A stretch of 64,000 nt of DNA from an uncultured delta proteobacterium (GCA_963743305.1 CAVUPH010000028.1:22643-86642); one strand, 5' to 3'; positions 49,979 through 60,856 are shown, numbered from the stretch's first letter. The notes: generated by a model from the letters alone, not told the origin. A program made the numbers and translations.

Positions 49979-50518
49979 TTACCGCTCGGCGCTGATCCTC
50001 CCGGGAACGCCCTTATCATAATAGTGTTTGATCATCCGCATTTCGGTGACCAGGTCGGCTTTATCTATGATTTCCGGCGGGGCATACCGGCCGGTGAGGA
50101 TTAATTCCATGCCGGCGGGTTTAGCTTCCATAAGTTTGAGGACCTCCTCCAACGGAATCAACCCGTAGGCGGTGGCGATATTGATTTCATCCAGGATCAG
50201 AATATCGCAGACCTGGTAGCGGATCACCTGCCAGGCCTTATCCAAAGCTTTTTGCGCCAATTCCCGATCTTTGAATCCGGGATTGGCCAGGTTGGCAAAA
50301 CCGGCCCGGCCCATGGGTTTGATGGTCAGCAGAGGCCCCAACTTTTTGGCCGAAGCAATCTCTCCGGTCTTCTGCGGCCCTCCCTTCAAAAATTGGATCA
50401 TGTAGACCTTGCGCCCGTGGCCGACCGCCCGCATGGCCAGCCCCAGGGCGGCCGTGGTCTTCCCTTTGCCTTCGCCGGTATAGACCTGAATCATGCCCCT
50501 GACAGTAGTCTCAGCCAT
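49979..50518 (-). CDS. cobO: ATP:cob(I)alamin adenosyltransferase (CobO/BtuR)
   Basis: VYTGEGKGKTTAALG, IQFLKG, LDEI, LILTGR, ADLVTEM...KHYY. Confidence 0.92.
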   Translation of the reverse strand: MAETTVRGMIQVYTGEGKGKTTAALGLAMRAVGHGRKVYMIQFLKGGPQKTGEIASAKKLGPLLTIKPMGRAGFANLANPGFKDRELAQKALDKAWQVIRYQVCDILILDEINIATAYGLIPLEEVLKLMEAKPAGMELILTGRYAPPEIIDKADLVTEMRMIKHYYDKGVPGRISAER

Positions 50519-50693
50519 TCTTTTTCCGTTTTAGAACTCGGTGAGGGACCTCAGGCGTGAGCGCGTGAGGCGCAAGGCGTACGAAACAAAAAGCATCGCC
50601 TGTAAAAAGGATGCCTCTCGTTTGATCTATGCTTTTTCTTCCCTCTTCCATCTTCCCACTTCCCGCTCTCTTCTGTCTTCTCCCCTCCTTTTA

Positions 50694-51848
50694 TCAGGCC
50701 ATTCCCAGCAGCTCCCGGGAGATGACCAGCCGCTGGATTTCCGATGTCCCTTCGTATAATGTGGTCACCCGTACGTCCCGGGCCAGCCGCTCCAGCGGGT
50801 ATTCGGCCGTGTACCCGTAGCCCCCCAAAATCTGAAGCGCCTTATAGCAGGCCCGGTTGGCCGCCTCCGAGGCGTAGAGCTTCCCCATGGAGGCCTCCCG
50901 GGTAAAGGGTTTTCCCTGTTCCTTTAAGAAGGCCGCCCTGAGGACCAATAACTGGGCCGCTTCCAGCTCGGTGTAGGCGTCGGCCAGCATCCATTGAATG
51001 GCCTGAAACCGGGAAATAGGCTGGCCGAACTGCTCCCGATTTTTGGCGTATTCCAGGGCGTAATCCAGGGCTGCCAGCCCGATGCCCAACGACAGGGAAC
51101 CGACCCCGATTCGGCCGCCGGCCAGCTCCATCAAGGCGATCCGATAGCCGTCGTTCAACTGGCCGAGCAGATGCTCCCGGGGGATACGGCAGTGGTCGAA
51201 AAAAAGTTCATTGGTGCTGGAGCCCTTCTGGCCCATCTTCTTTTCGTCCTTCCCGATCCCATATCCCGGGGTCCCCTGCTCGACCACGAAGGCACTGATG
51301 CCTTTGCCCTTCCCCACGGCCTTGTCGGTGACCGTCCAGACCACTACTACCCCGGCGTATTCCGCGCTGGAGATGAAAATCTTGCTTCCGTTCAGCACCC
51401 ATTCCAGACCGTCCTGGACGGCGGTGGTTTTCATGCCCGCCGGGTCGGAACCGGCCCCGGCTTCGGTCAGGCCGAAGGCCCCGGCCGGGTATTCCCCGGA
51501 GCAGAGGCGGGGAATGTATTTTTGGCGCACCGCTTCCGTCCCGAATTCCAGAAGCACTTCGGCCACCATGTTGGTCACCGACATGGTCACGGCCGTAGAA
51601 GCGCAGCCCCGGCCGATCTCGGTCATGGCCAGGCTGTAGGCCACCGGTCCCACTTGAACCCCGCCGTACTTCTCGGGGATATTCATGCCCATCAGGCCCA
51701 GTTCGGCCATTTTTTTCAGATTACCCAAAAGAATGGTCCGGTCCTTGGTTTCATCCAGCCGGGCCGCTTGGGGGGCCAGTTCGGTCCGGGCAAAATCCCG
51801 GCACATCTTCTGGATCATCTTCTGTTCATCGGTCAGTCCGAAGTGCAT
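50694..51848 (-). CDS. Acyl-CoA dehydrogenase
   Basis: FGLTEAGAGSD, LNGSKIFIS, GRIG, QILGGYGY, LYEGTSEIQR. Confidence 0.94.
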   Translation of the reverse strand: MHFGLTDEQKMIQKMCRDFARTELAPQAARLDETKDRTILLGNLKKMAELGLMGMNIPEKYGGVQVGPVAYSLAMTEIGRGCASTAVTMSVTNMVAEVLLEFGTEAVRQKYIPRLCSGEYPAGAFGLTEAGAGSDPAGMKTTAVQDGLEWVLNGSKIFISSAEYAGVVVVWTVTDKAVGKGKGISAFVVEQGTPGYGIGKDEKKMGQKGSSTNELFFDHCRIPREHLLGQLNDGYRIALMELAGGRIGVGSLSLGIGLAALDYALEYAKNREQFGQPISRFQAIQWMLADAYTELEAAQLLVLRAAFLKEQGKPFTREASMGKLYASEAANRACYKALQILGGYGYTAEYPLERLARDVRVTTLYEGTSEIQRLVISRELLGMA

Positions 51849-52049
51849 CAAGCAACCCCATTTCCGGCGTGGCGCGGAGCGCTGAGCGCATAGCGCCAAT
51901 ATAAAACATCACCAGAGCAAACTTATCGGATAATAATGAATCTTTAAATTCTCGTCTTGGCTTTTGTTATTTCTTCCATCTTCCTTCTGTCTTCTCTCCT
52001 CTACCTTATGCTTGGCCCTCAACGCTTTGCGCTCCGCGCTCTGCGGTTC

Positions 52050-53198
52050 TTATTTCCCTTTAATCAGATTATTGGCAATCACCACCCGCATGATCTCATT
52101 GGTACCCTCGTAGATCTGGGTGATTTTGGCGTCCCGCATATGGCGTTCCATGGGGTATTCCCGACAATAGCCGTATCCCCCCAGGATCTGTACCCCTTCA
52201 ATCGAGGCCTTCATGGCCGCATCGGAAGCGAACATTTTGGCCATGGCCGCGGCTTTTTCGTGGGGCAGGTGGTTGTCTTCCAGCCAGGCCGCTTTGAGGG
52301 TCAGCAATTCGGCGGCGTCCAACTCGGTGGCCATGTCGGCCAGCTTCCACTGGATGGCCTGGAAGGTGGCAATAGGTTTCCCGAATTGTTCCCGGGTTTT
52401 GGCGTATTCCAAGGCCTCTTCGAGCGACGCCCGGCCGATGCCGATGGCTTGAGAAGCGATCCCGACCCGGCCTCCATCGAGGGTGGTCAACATCTGTTTG
52501 AACCCGTCCCCGGGATTGCCCAATAAGGCATCTTTAGGGACCCGGGCATTGTCAAATACCAGTTCCGCCGTCCCGGAGGCGTTAATACCCAGTTTTTCTT
52601 CCACCCGGCCTAGGGAGAAACCCGGGGTATTTTCAAAATCCACCACAAAGGAGCTGATTCCCTTATAGCCTTTTCCTTTTTCGGTAACCGCGGCCACCAC
52701 GCCGTACCGGGAGACGTTGCCGTTGGTGATAAACTTCTTTTCCCCGTTAATGATCCATTCATCCCCCTCCAGGACGGCGGTGGTCCGCATGCCGGCCGGG
52801 TCCGAGCCGGCCCCGGCCTCGGTCAAGCCGAAACAGCCCAGGGTTTCGCCGCTGGCCACCGGCTTCAGATATTTCATTTTCTGCTCGGGCGTCCCGAAGG
52901 CCATGACCGGAAAACAGTACAGGGAATTATTCACCGACATGATGACGCCGGTGGAGGCGCAGGCCTTGGAGATCTCAATCAGGGCCAGCACGTAGCTAAC
53001 GTAATCCATGCCGCCGCCGCCGTATTCCTCGGGAACGGCAATGCCCAGAAAGCCCAGTTCGGCCAGTTTCCGACAGATCTCCGCCGGATGCTCATGGCTG
53101 GCATCCAGCTTGGCGGCCACGGGTTTGATTTCCGTCTCCGCGAAACGACGGGCCGTGTCCCGCACCATCTGCTGTTCTTCGGTCAACTCAAAGTTCAT
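52050..53198 (-). CDS. Acyl-CoA dehydrogenase (butyryl-CoA dehydrogenase-like)
   Basis: FGLTEAGAGSD, LDGGRVGIA, QILGGYGY, IYEGTNEIMR. Confidence 0.95.
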   Translation of the reverse strand: MNFELTEEQQMVRDTARRFAETEIKPVAAKLDASHEHPAEICRKLAELGFLGIAVPEEYGGGGMDYVSYVLALIEISKACASTGVIMSVNNSLYCFPVMAFGTPEQKMKYLKPVASGETLGCFGLTEAGAGSDPAGMRTTAVLEGDEWIINGEKKFITNGNVSRYGVVAAVTEKGKGYKGISSFVVDFENTPGFSLGRVEEKLGINASGTAELVFDNARVPKDALLGNPGDGFKQMLTTLDGGRVGIASQAIGIGRASLEEALEYAKTREQFGKPIATFQAIQWKLADMATELDAAELLTLKAAWLEDNHLPHEKAAAMAKMFASDAAMKASIEGVQILGGYGYCREYPMERHMRDAKITQIYEGTNEIMRVVIANNLIKGK

Positions 53199-53323
53199 CC
53201 GTTGGTTCTCCTTACCGTGATAAAAAAAGGCTATAATAGATTATCTTTAGTGTGTATGTAGTCGTCTGGATTGGAACCGGGATCCATCCCCCGACGGGGA
53301 CCTGGGGACTTCCGGCCCTTTTG

Positions 53324-53390
53324 AAATCCCCCTAAATCCCCCTTTGTCAAAGGGGACTTTAACTCCCCCCTTTTTCTAAGGGGGGGATTT
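53324..53390. repeat. REP-like C-rich/G-rich double hairpin
   Basis: AAATCCCCCTAAATCCCCCTTTGTCAAAGGGGACTTT...CCCCCCTTTTTCTAAGGGGGGATTT. Confidence 0.55.
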
Positions 53391-53508
53391 TCATCCTTCA
53401 CGGGTGCCCGCTCCGAACAGGTTTGTTTTATCTAGTATCCAGTATCGCCTTTTGCCTTTAGTATCTGCTCCTTACCTGGGACCAGCAACTTGTAATCTGC
53501 AACCGATA

Positions 53509-54294
53509 TTAAATCTCTCCCTTAAACTCAGGCTTCCTTTTCTCCAGAAAGGCATTCAGCCCTTCCTTGGCATCGGGGCTGGTGAAGGCGATGGCAAAGG
53601 CGTCCACTTCCATGGCGCAGCCGTTGCGCAGATCCACGTCATAGCCCCGGTTGATGGTGTGTTTGATGGCCCGGAGGGCCGCCCGGCCTTTGGAAGCAAT
53701 CGCTTTGGCTGTTTTCCGGGTTTCTTCCATGAGCTTATCAGGGGGAAACACCTTGTTGACCAGGCCTATCTCTTTGGCCTCCTGGGCCGAAATCATCGCC
53801 CCGGTCAGACAGAGTTCTCGGGCCCAGCCCTTGCCCACCAGGCGGGCCAGCCGCTGGGTCCCGCCGAAACCGGGGATGATCCCCAGGTTGATCTCCGGCT
53901 GCCCGAATTTGGCGTTTTCCGAGGCATAGATAAAATCGCAGGACATGGCGATTTCCGTTCCGCCGCCCAGAGCGAAACCATTCACCGCCGCGATAATGGG
54001 TATCTCGGCATTTTCCATGGCAAAGAGGACTTCCTGCCCGGCCGCGGAAAATCGTTTGGACTCCAACGGGGTTTGCTTAGCCATGGTGCCGATGTCCGCC
54101 CCGGCGACGAAGGCCTTGTCGCCGGTCCCGGTCAAAATAGCCACCCGGACTTCCGGGTTCCGGCTGATTTCTTTCAACGCCGCCCCGATCTCCTCCATCA
54201 CCTGAGGATTCAAGGCATTCAGGGCCTTGGGCCGGTTAACGGAAATCGTGGCGATGCCTTCTGCTATCTCCAATAGAATCAATTCGTAGGCCAT
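53509..54294 (-). CDS. crt: Enoyl-CoA hydratase (crotonase)
   Basis: NRPKALNAL, AFVAGADI, NGFALGGGTE, GQPEINLGIIPGFGGTQRL. Confidence 0.93.
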   Translation of the reverse strand: MAYELILLEIAEGIATISVNRPKALNALNPQVMEEIGAALKEISRNPEVRVAILTGTGDKAFVAGADIGTMAKQTPLESKRFSAAGQEVLFAMENAEIPIIAAVNGFALGGGTEIAMSCDFIYASENAKFGQPEINLGIIPGFGGTQRLARLVGKGWARELCLTGAMISAQEAKEIGLVNKVFPPDKLMEETRKTAKAIASKGRAALRAIKHTINRGYDVDLRNGCAMEVDAFAIAFTSPDAKEGLNAFLEKRKPEFKGEI

Positions 54295-54469
54295 GCATTT
54301 CTCCTTCTCGATCGGAATCCGGTCATTTCATCGCGGAGTGCGAAGCGCTGAGCGCCGAGCGAAAAAAGAACCGTCGTTCACTTGGATATTTTTTCTTTTG
54401 CACTTTGCATTTTGAAATTCTTCTCTTGTCTTTTACGCTCTGCGCTCCGCGCCTTGCGCTCTGCGTCTT

Positions 54470-55648
54470 TTACTTCCGCTCCAAAATCAACGCCGCTCCC
54501 ATACCGCCGCCGACGCACAGGGTGGCCAGGCCTAACCGGGAATCCCGTTTGATCATCTCAAACAGCAGGGTGTTCAGTATCCGCGCCCCGCTGGCCCCGA
54601 TGGGATGGCCGATGGCGATAGCCCCGCCGTTGACGTTGACTTTTTCGATAGGCCAGCCCATCTCGCGGTTGACGATGGCCGCCTGGGAGGCGAAGGCCTC
54701 GTTGGCCTCGATCAGATCCAGATCCTTCACCGTCAGGCCGGCCTTGGCCAGGGCCTTCTTACAAGCCGGGATCGGGCCGGTGCCCATGATGGTGGGATCC
54801 ACCCCGGCGGTGGCATATGACTTGACATAGGCCAGGGGCTCCAATCCCAGCGCCTGGGCCTTGTCCGCGGACATAACCACAAAGGCGGCCCCCCCGTCGT
54901 TGATCCCCGAGGCGTTCCCGGCGGTGACGGTCCCGTCCTTCTTGAAGGCCGGTTTCAGCGCTCCCAGGGCTTCCAGGGTAGTACCCCGGGGGTGTTCATC
55001 GGTGTCGAACAAAACCGGTTCGCCCTTACGCTGGGGGATGGGCACCGGCACGATCTCCTCTTTGAAGCGCCCCTCCTTGATCGCCCGCTGGGCGTTGTCC
55101 TGGCTGCGCAGGGCCAATTCATCCTGTTCCTTCCGGGTGACGTTGAACCGGGAGGCCACGTTCTCCGCGGTGATCCCCATGTGATACTGGTTGAACACGT
55201 CCAGTAATCCGTCGTAAATCATCAGGTCCACCATCTCGGAACTGCCCATCCGCGCCCCCCAGCGGGCCGCCCGGAGGGCGTAAGGGGCCTGGCTCATGCT
55301 CTCCATCCCGCCGGCCACGACGATTTCGGCGTCCTCGGACTTGATAGCCTGAGCGGCCAGCATGACCGATTTCAGTCCCGAGGCGCAGACCTTGTTGATG
55401 GTCTGGGCCGGGGCCTCCTGGGAAATCCCGGAATGGATCAACACCTGCCGGGCCGTATTCTGCCCCAGACCGGCTTGAAGGACATTGCCTAAAATGACTT
55501 CATCAACCTGGTCCGGGGCCACCTTAGCCCGCCTCAGGGCCTCCTGCACGGCGATTACGCCCAACTTTACCGCGGGGATATCTTTTAACGCACCTCCAAA
55601 TCGGCCCACCGGTGTCCGGGCCGCACCTACGATAACGATTTCTTTCAT
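54470..55648 (-). CDS. Acetyl-CoA C-acetyltransferase (thiolase)
   Basis: [25 protein letters not shown]. Confidence 0.96.
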   Translation of the reverse strand: MKEIVIVGAARTPVGRFGGALKDIPAVKLGVIAVQEALRRAKVAPDQVDEVILGNVLQAGLGQNTARQVLIHSGISQEAPAQTINKVCASGLKSVMLAAQAIKSEDAEIVVAGGMESMSQAPYALRAARWGARMGSSEMVDLMIYDGLLDVFNQYHMGITAENVASRFNVTRKEQDELALRSQDNAQRAIKEGRFKEEIVPVPIPQRKGEPVLFDTDEHPRGTTLEALGALKPAFKKDGTVTAGNASGINDGGAAFVVMSADKAQALGLEPLAYVKSYATAGVDPTIMGTGPIPACKKALAKAGLTVKDLDLIEANEAFASQAAIVNREMGWPIEKVNVNGGAIAIGHPIGASGARILNTLLFEMIKRDSRLGLATLCVGGGMGAALILERK

Positions 55649-55718
55649 GGTTCTTCTCCTTCTATATTATTTCACCGCAAAGGCGCAAAGAGCGCAAAGA
55701 ATTCTATTGCGGTGAGCA

Positions 55719-56903
55719 CTAAATCATATTTTCCACAATCAAACTAACCGCCTCCCCGCCCCCCAGGCAGAGGGAGGCCATACCCCGTTTCGCTTGGCGA
55801 TCTTTCAGGGCGGAGAGCAGGGTGACCAGGACCCGGGCGCCGCTGGCTCCGATGGGATGTCCCAAGGCCACGGACCCGCCCTGGACGTTGGTTTTTTCCG
55901 GGTCCAGCCCCAGCTCTTTGATCACCGCCACGGTGGAAGAGGAGAAAGCCTCATTGACCTCCTGCAGATCGATATCCGCCACGGCCAGGCCGGCCTTTTT
56001 CAGGACCTTGGGAATCGAAAGGAGGGGTGCCACCAGGACATACTTGGGATCCAGCCCGGACGAACCTTGGGCGCCGACCCTGAACAGCGGCTTAACGCCC
56101 AGTTCCCTGGCCTTGGAAGCGCTCATCAACACCACCGCCGCCGCCCCATCACTGATCTTAGAGGAATTTCCGGCCGTGACCGTGCCACCCTTCTTGAAAG
56201 CCGGCCGCAACCCGGATAAGGCTTCCAAGCTGGTCTCTTTAACGATCTCGTCAAAATCCACCACCAGAGGCGGTTTCCCTTTTTTTTGGAGAATGCTGAT
56301 CGGCAGGATTTGATCCTTGAATTTCCCTTCCGCCCTGGCCTTCAGTGCCCGCTGGTAGGATTGATAGGCAAACCGATCCTGATCGTCCCGGGTCACGCCG
56401 TATTTTTCCGCGCAATACTCGGCGCTCACTCCCATCAGAAAATCATTGTTGATATCCCGCAGGCCATCGTGATCCAAACTGTCCAATAAGGTCCCGTTGC
56501 CCATTCGATATCCGGTCCGGGCCTTTTCCAGGAAATAGGGGGCCCGGCTCATGCTCTCCATTCCGCCGGCCACGACAACCTCGGCGTCTTTGGCGGCAAT
56601 GGCCTGGGCGGCCAGCATGACCGATTTGAGCCCCGATCCGCAGACCTTGTTCACCGTGATGGCCCCCACCTCATAGGGAAGTTCGGCCTTCAACATGGCT
56701 TGCCGGGCGGGATTCTGCCCCAACCCCCCGGGCAGCACATTGCCCATGATGACTTCGTCCACCTGTTCTTTGGCGATCCCGGCCCGCTTGATCGCTTCGC
56801 CAATCACCAGGGAGCCTAACTCCGTGGCCGTAAAACCACTCAACATCCCGTTAAAAGACCCGATAGGGGTCCGGACCGCGCTGACAATATAGACCTCTTC
56901 CAT
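55719..56903 (-). CDS. Thiolase (second paralog)
   Basis: [25 protein letters not shown]; start at ATG 56903. Confidence 0.95.
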   Translation of the reverse strand: MEEVYIVSAVRTPIGSFNGMLSGFTATELGSLVIGEAIKRAGIAKEQVDEVIMGNVLPGGLGQNPARQAMLKAELPYEVGAITVNKVCGSGLKSVMLAAQAIAAKDAEVVVAGGMESMSRAPYFLEKARTGYRMGNGTLLDSLDHDGLRDINNDFLMGVSAEYCAEKYGVTRDDQDRFAYQSYQRALKARAEGKFKDQILPISILQKKGKPPLVVDFDEIVKETSLEALSGLRPAFKKGGTVTAGNSSKISDGAAAVVLMSASKARELGVKPLFRVGAQGSSGLDPKYVLVAPLLSIPKVLKKAGLAVADIDLQEVNEAFSSSTVAVIKELGLDPEKTNVQGGSVALGHPIGASGARVLVTLLSALKDRQAKRGMASLCLGGGEAVSLIVENMI

Positions 56904-57004
56904 TATTTTCGCTCCTTCGCCCCTGATCAAGGGTCGGTCGAGAGTTCTTTTTGCTAATCTGAAAAAGATGGCCGCCTACAAAAAAACCTTTTCAAGGTGA
57001 TACC

Positions 57005-57033
57005 CTTATAGGATTTTTCATCTGTTTTGTCAA
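57005..57033 (-). promoter_or_regulatory. Sigma70-like promoter of the beta-oxidation cluster
   Basis: TTGACA-17 nt-TATAAG. Confidence 0.65.
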
Positions 57034-57394
57034 TTCTTTTGTATCCCCCTCATCTTAAGTTTTTAATGTTATTTTGACTGGTTAGGCAATTTGACTCTTT
57101 CTTTCAGGTTGAGGCCGGTATTCTGAATACCGGTCGCCGGCCGGGATTCGCTGAAAGCTTGAATCAGGGACACGCTGAACATAATGGCCAGAATCCTACC
57201 CGAGCGTAAATCACTTTGGAGAAATGCCAAGAAAAGAGACCCGGCTGCCCTACCGATACCGGCAAAAAAATATTTATAATTTTTTTGAAACCTCCGATAG
57301 ATTATTCAGGCGGGGGAATGGGTTAAAGAAGGATTTCCCCTTAACTAAAATAAATTAATGCTATCGAGAGGGGTTTTATTTACCCGGGGATCCT

Positions 57395-58967
57395 GTGCTT
57401 CCTATGAATACCTTGCGCCTTGAAAAGGCTCTTAAACCCGAAGATCTGGAATTAACTGCAAGCGCTCAATCCTTAATGGAGTGGGCCTTTGAAAGCTCCC
57501 CGGTGGCGACCCTATTCATCGCCCCGGACGAAACCCTCCTCCGCTGGAACCCAAAAGCCGCTGAAAATCTTATCCCGGCTCACGCCGAAAACCGCCCTCT
57601 CTTTCTTTATGATTTGTTTGTGAATCGGGAGGAAGTGGATCTTTTGCTATTTATCACCGATCAGCGAAATGAACCGGCTAGACGGGAAGCGGCCCTTAAA
57701 ACCCCGGATGGGGACCACCGTGCCCTGCGAAGTTACCCTGCTGCCCTGCTCAAAGAAAATCGGGGACTCGCAGGAAAGGATCTGTTTTATTCGGGACCTG
57801 AGCGAAATCAAAGCCAGCCAGGCAGTGGCCTTGGATTTCCAGGGTCAACTAAAAACGGAGGTGGAAGAACGTCAGCAGGCCGAAGACGCCCTGCAGCAGA
57901 CCACGGCCAAGTTGCAGGAAATGGTTTACGAATACGGGCGCAGAAATCGGGATACCACCATTCTCCGGGAAATGAGCGAGTTCCTGCAGGCCTGCCAGAG
58001 CACCGAGGAGACCTATCCGCTGATCGCCCGTTTTGCCCGGGAACTTTTTCCCGATACCTCCGGGTCTCTCTTTATGCTCCAATCCCGGGACGATGTTCTG
58101 GAATCGGTCAGCATCTGGGGTGAACCGGTTCTATCCGCCCAGATCTTTGCCCCGCAGGACTGTTGGGCCGTTCGACGAAGCCGGATTCATCAGGTCGTGG
58201 AAAAAGATCCCTTGATGACCTGTCGCCACCTGAAGGATTATGGCGGTCCTTGTTCGACCTGCATCCCCCTCATCAACCAGGGTCAGACCATTGGGATGTT
58301 ACACCTTCAAACCGTCGATGATACCGGACCGCAGCCCGATGCCTTCCTGTCCGGCCCGCCTGAACTGCCGGATGAAAAATTGGTAGCTACCTTCACCGAC
58401 CACATTGCGCTGGCCCTGTCCAATTTGAGATTAAAGCAGAAGCTCTATCAGTTGGCCATCCAGGACGGTTTGACCGGACTTCATAACCGAAGATACATGG
58501 AAGAATCTTTGGGGCGGGAAATCCATCGGGCCAAACGGAAGGGCACCTCCCTGGGGATCCTCATGCTCGATATCGATCATTTTAAATATTTCAACGACCA
58601 GCATGGCCACGAGGCCGGGGATATTTTGCTTAAGGCCCTGGGAAATTATCTTAAAACCAGCGTCCGGGCGGATGATATCGCCTGCCGCTACGGCGGGGAA
58701 GAATTCACGTTGATCCTTCCGGATTTGACCCTGGAGGCGGCCCTCATGAGGGCCGAAGCCATACGGGCGGGCGTTGACCAGCTCCGGGTCAATTACCGCG
58801 GCCTGGAACTGGAGAAAATCACTCTATCCATCGGCATCGCCCTGTTCCCGCAACATGGAACTACTTGGGAGAGCACCCTGCGGGAGGCCGACAAAGCCCT
58901 GTATGAAGCCAAGGAAAGCGGCCGCAACCGGGTGGTCGCCGCCCGTCAACCCCTGCCTGAATCGTAA
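57395..58967 (+). CDS. PAS-GAF-GGDEF diguanylate cyclase, frameshifted near 57711
   Basis: DGLTGLHNRR, DIDHFK, RADD I-site, RYGGEEF; removing one G gives LKTPDGTTVPCEV. Confidence 0.88.
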
Positions 58968-59138
58968 CCGGCAACAAATCACTATTCAAGACCCGGGACC
59001 GGAACCGTAGTCCCCATCAGATCTTTGACGACCAGACCGTCGGCACCAGCCGCTTTAAATTCGGAAATCCCCCTTCCGGCGTGAAGGGCGCGGCTTTAAA
59101 AACCTGGTCCAGGGATGGAAGATAAATAATAGCCGGTA

Positions 59139-59396
59139 TCAGGGCCAATCCGACCCGACCCGCTGCCTTTCACCCGGCTCTGGGTTGAAAAGATCCTTAA
59201 GTATGCTTTCGGCCTCTTCCAGGCGGGAATCATCGACCATTATGGTTCCCCAGCCTTTCTGGGCCACAAACAGCCCATCATAAGCACTGTCCTTATACTC
59301 CCTGAGAAGGAAAGGAATGGCCTCTTTTCTCAGGGCATCGGTCAGCAGATCGGCCTGGAACTGGTTATCCAAGGTGGCAATTTTTTTCCAGTTCAA
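59139..59396 (-). CDS. Small DUF2007-like protein
   Basis: QADLLTDALRKEAIPF...YDGLF...GWGTIMV...EEAESIL. Confidence 0.65.
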   Translation of the reverse strand: MNWKKIATLDNQFQADLLTDALRKEAIPFLLREYKDSAYDGLFVAQKGWGTIMVDDSRLEEAESILKDLFNPEPGERQRVGSDWP

Positions 59397-59407
59397 TGGA
59401 ATTCCTT

Positions 59408-59553
59408 ATTAAACCCCCATGCCTGGGGCGGGGACCCCGAAACATGAAAATTTATGTTTATTCAATTTGTTAGGTCGTCATTCCGGCGAACGCCGGAATC
59501 CATGGCAGTGAAGGTCCTGGGTCACCTGGATCCCGGATCGAGTCCGGGATGAC
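59408..59553. repeat. Repeat end plus RPE-like palindromic element
   Basis: GTCATTCCGGCGAACGCCGGAATCCA ... CTGGATCCCGGATCGAGTCCGGGATGAC, preceded by ATTAAACCCCCATGCC...CATGAAAAT. Confidence 0.7.
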
Positions 59554-59631
59554 GGCAAAAACAAAACGTCCTAAAAAGCGGTGTTCGATTTTATTTTCGT
59601 ACTAAAGTAACAATTAAATATTATTTTTAAA

Positions 59632-60813
59632 CTAATTAATAATAAAGGGAAAATATAAATTATAGAAGTCCCGGTACAAGGCAAGGTCATCCAAATGAAT
59701 ATCATTTCCAAAACCGTTTCCCAAACCGCCGATTCCTAGGAAACCGATCCTCACCCGGGGTTGTCCCAAATAAGGTTGGAGGTCCACTTTATAGGGTTTC
59801 CAGCCTTGATAGCCATCGTAGCGTTTGAATTCGGGGCCGACGTTCTGCCAGAGGCTCCCATCCGTGGAAACCTGGACCTGAACCCGGTCATCGGACCCGT
59901 CTTTTTCCAGGTCATGATACATCCAGAAGGTCAGGAACGCTTCCGTCGCCGTCCTTAAATCGAAGCCGTAGGAATAGCTAAGTCTGGTCTGGGTCCCCGG
60001 TCCGGTTGAAAAAGAATTAAAGTAAATCAGGTAAGGGGCACTATGGGTCGGGTGCCCGGCCGGGTGGCTGGTTTCCAAATAGGGCTTCCAATCCCCGCCC
60101 AAATTCACTACCGGGCTGATAATCCAGGACGAGGAAAGTTTTCCCGGAGGACTCAGGTTGTCAAAGTTTTCGTTTAATAAACTAACCATAGGTATTTGGA
60201 TTTCCAGGGCTATATCATCCAGATGAATGTCGTTGCCATGGGCACTGATCCCGAGCACCCCCACCAGGACACCGGGCTGCCCGGCGTAGCCATCCAAGTT
60301 GACCGAATGGGGCTGCCAACTATCGGTCCCATCAAACCGCGGGATTGGATCGCCCACATTACCCCAGGTAGCGCCCCCATCCGTAGAGACCTGGACTTGG
60401 AGGAGATCGTTATCCGTCGTTTCGGTATCATGATACATCCAGAATTTGAAGGCCGACCCAGTGGCTCGGCTGAAATTAAAAGAGGAATTATAATAGAGCC
60501 TGGCTGAATTCCCTTTAGTCAAACCCCAAGCATTGAAGTAGATCAAATTAGTGGGGCTGTGCGCCGAAGGACCTACAGGAGACTTAGCGCCATTGTCTGT
60601 TGCCCAGGCACTGGAAAGACCGTTAACCGGAACGGAAACCCAGCCCGAAGGCAAGGATGGGATTGGGGTTACGCCGTCAAAATTTTCCACCATTTCGGTA
60701 AAGAGGGCCTCAGACAATTGGCCTAGGGAAGACGCAGCCGCCATTTCGAAAGGTGAAAACAAAAAACAAAAGAACAATAAAAGGCCGCCAACAGATAGCC
60801 GCAATTTAGCCAA
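59632..60813 (-). CDS. Secreted protein with two tandem MAM/cleaved-adhesin-like beta-sandwich repeats
   Basis: TTG start after GAAGGAGG, signal peptide; two copies of ENFD...HS.P.LIYFN...FWMYHD...QVQVSTDG...GNDIHLDD; C-terminal LYFPFIIN. Confidence 0.75.
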   Translation of the reverse strand: MAKLRLSVGGLLLFFCFLFSPFEMAAASSLGQLSEALFTEMVENFDGVTPIPSLPSGWVSVPVNGLSSAWATDNGAKSPVGPSAHSPTNLIYFNAWGLTKGNSARLYYNSSFNFSRATGSAFKFWMYHDTETTDNDLLQVQVSTDGGATWGNVGDPIPRFDGTDSWQPHSVNLDGYAGQPGVLVGVLGISAHGNDIHLDDIALEIQIPMVSLLNENFDNLSPPGKLSSSWIISPVVNLGGDWKPYLETSHPAGHPTHSAPYLIYFNSFSTGPGTQTRLSYSYGFDLRTATEAFLTFWMYHDLEKDGSDDRVQVQVSTDGSLWQNVGPEFKRYDGYQGWKPYKVDLQPYLGQPRVRIGFLGIGGLGNGFGNDIHLDDLALYRDFYNLYFPFIIN

Positions 60814-60856
60814 ATTTTTCCCCTCCTTCTTAACGAAAATAGAATCGGGCACTTCT

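Noticed and set aside
1384-56313. Long plus-strand ORFs antisense to real genes (e.g. 1809-2840, 19388-20419, 36810-37847, 37851-38897, 50994-51893)
   Set aside because: Shadow ORFs typical of GC-rich coding sequence, with no recognisable motifs
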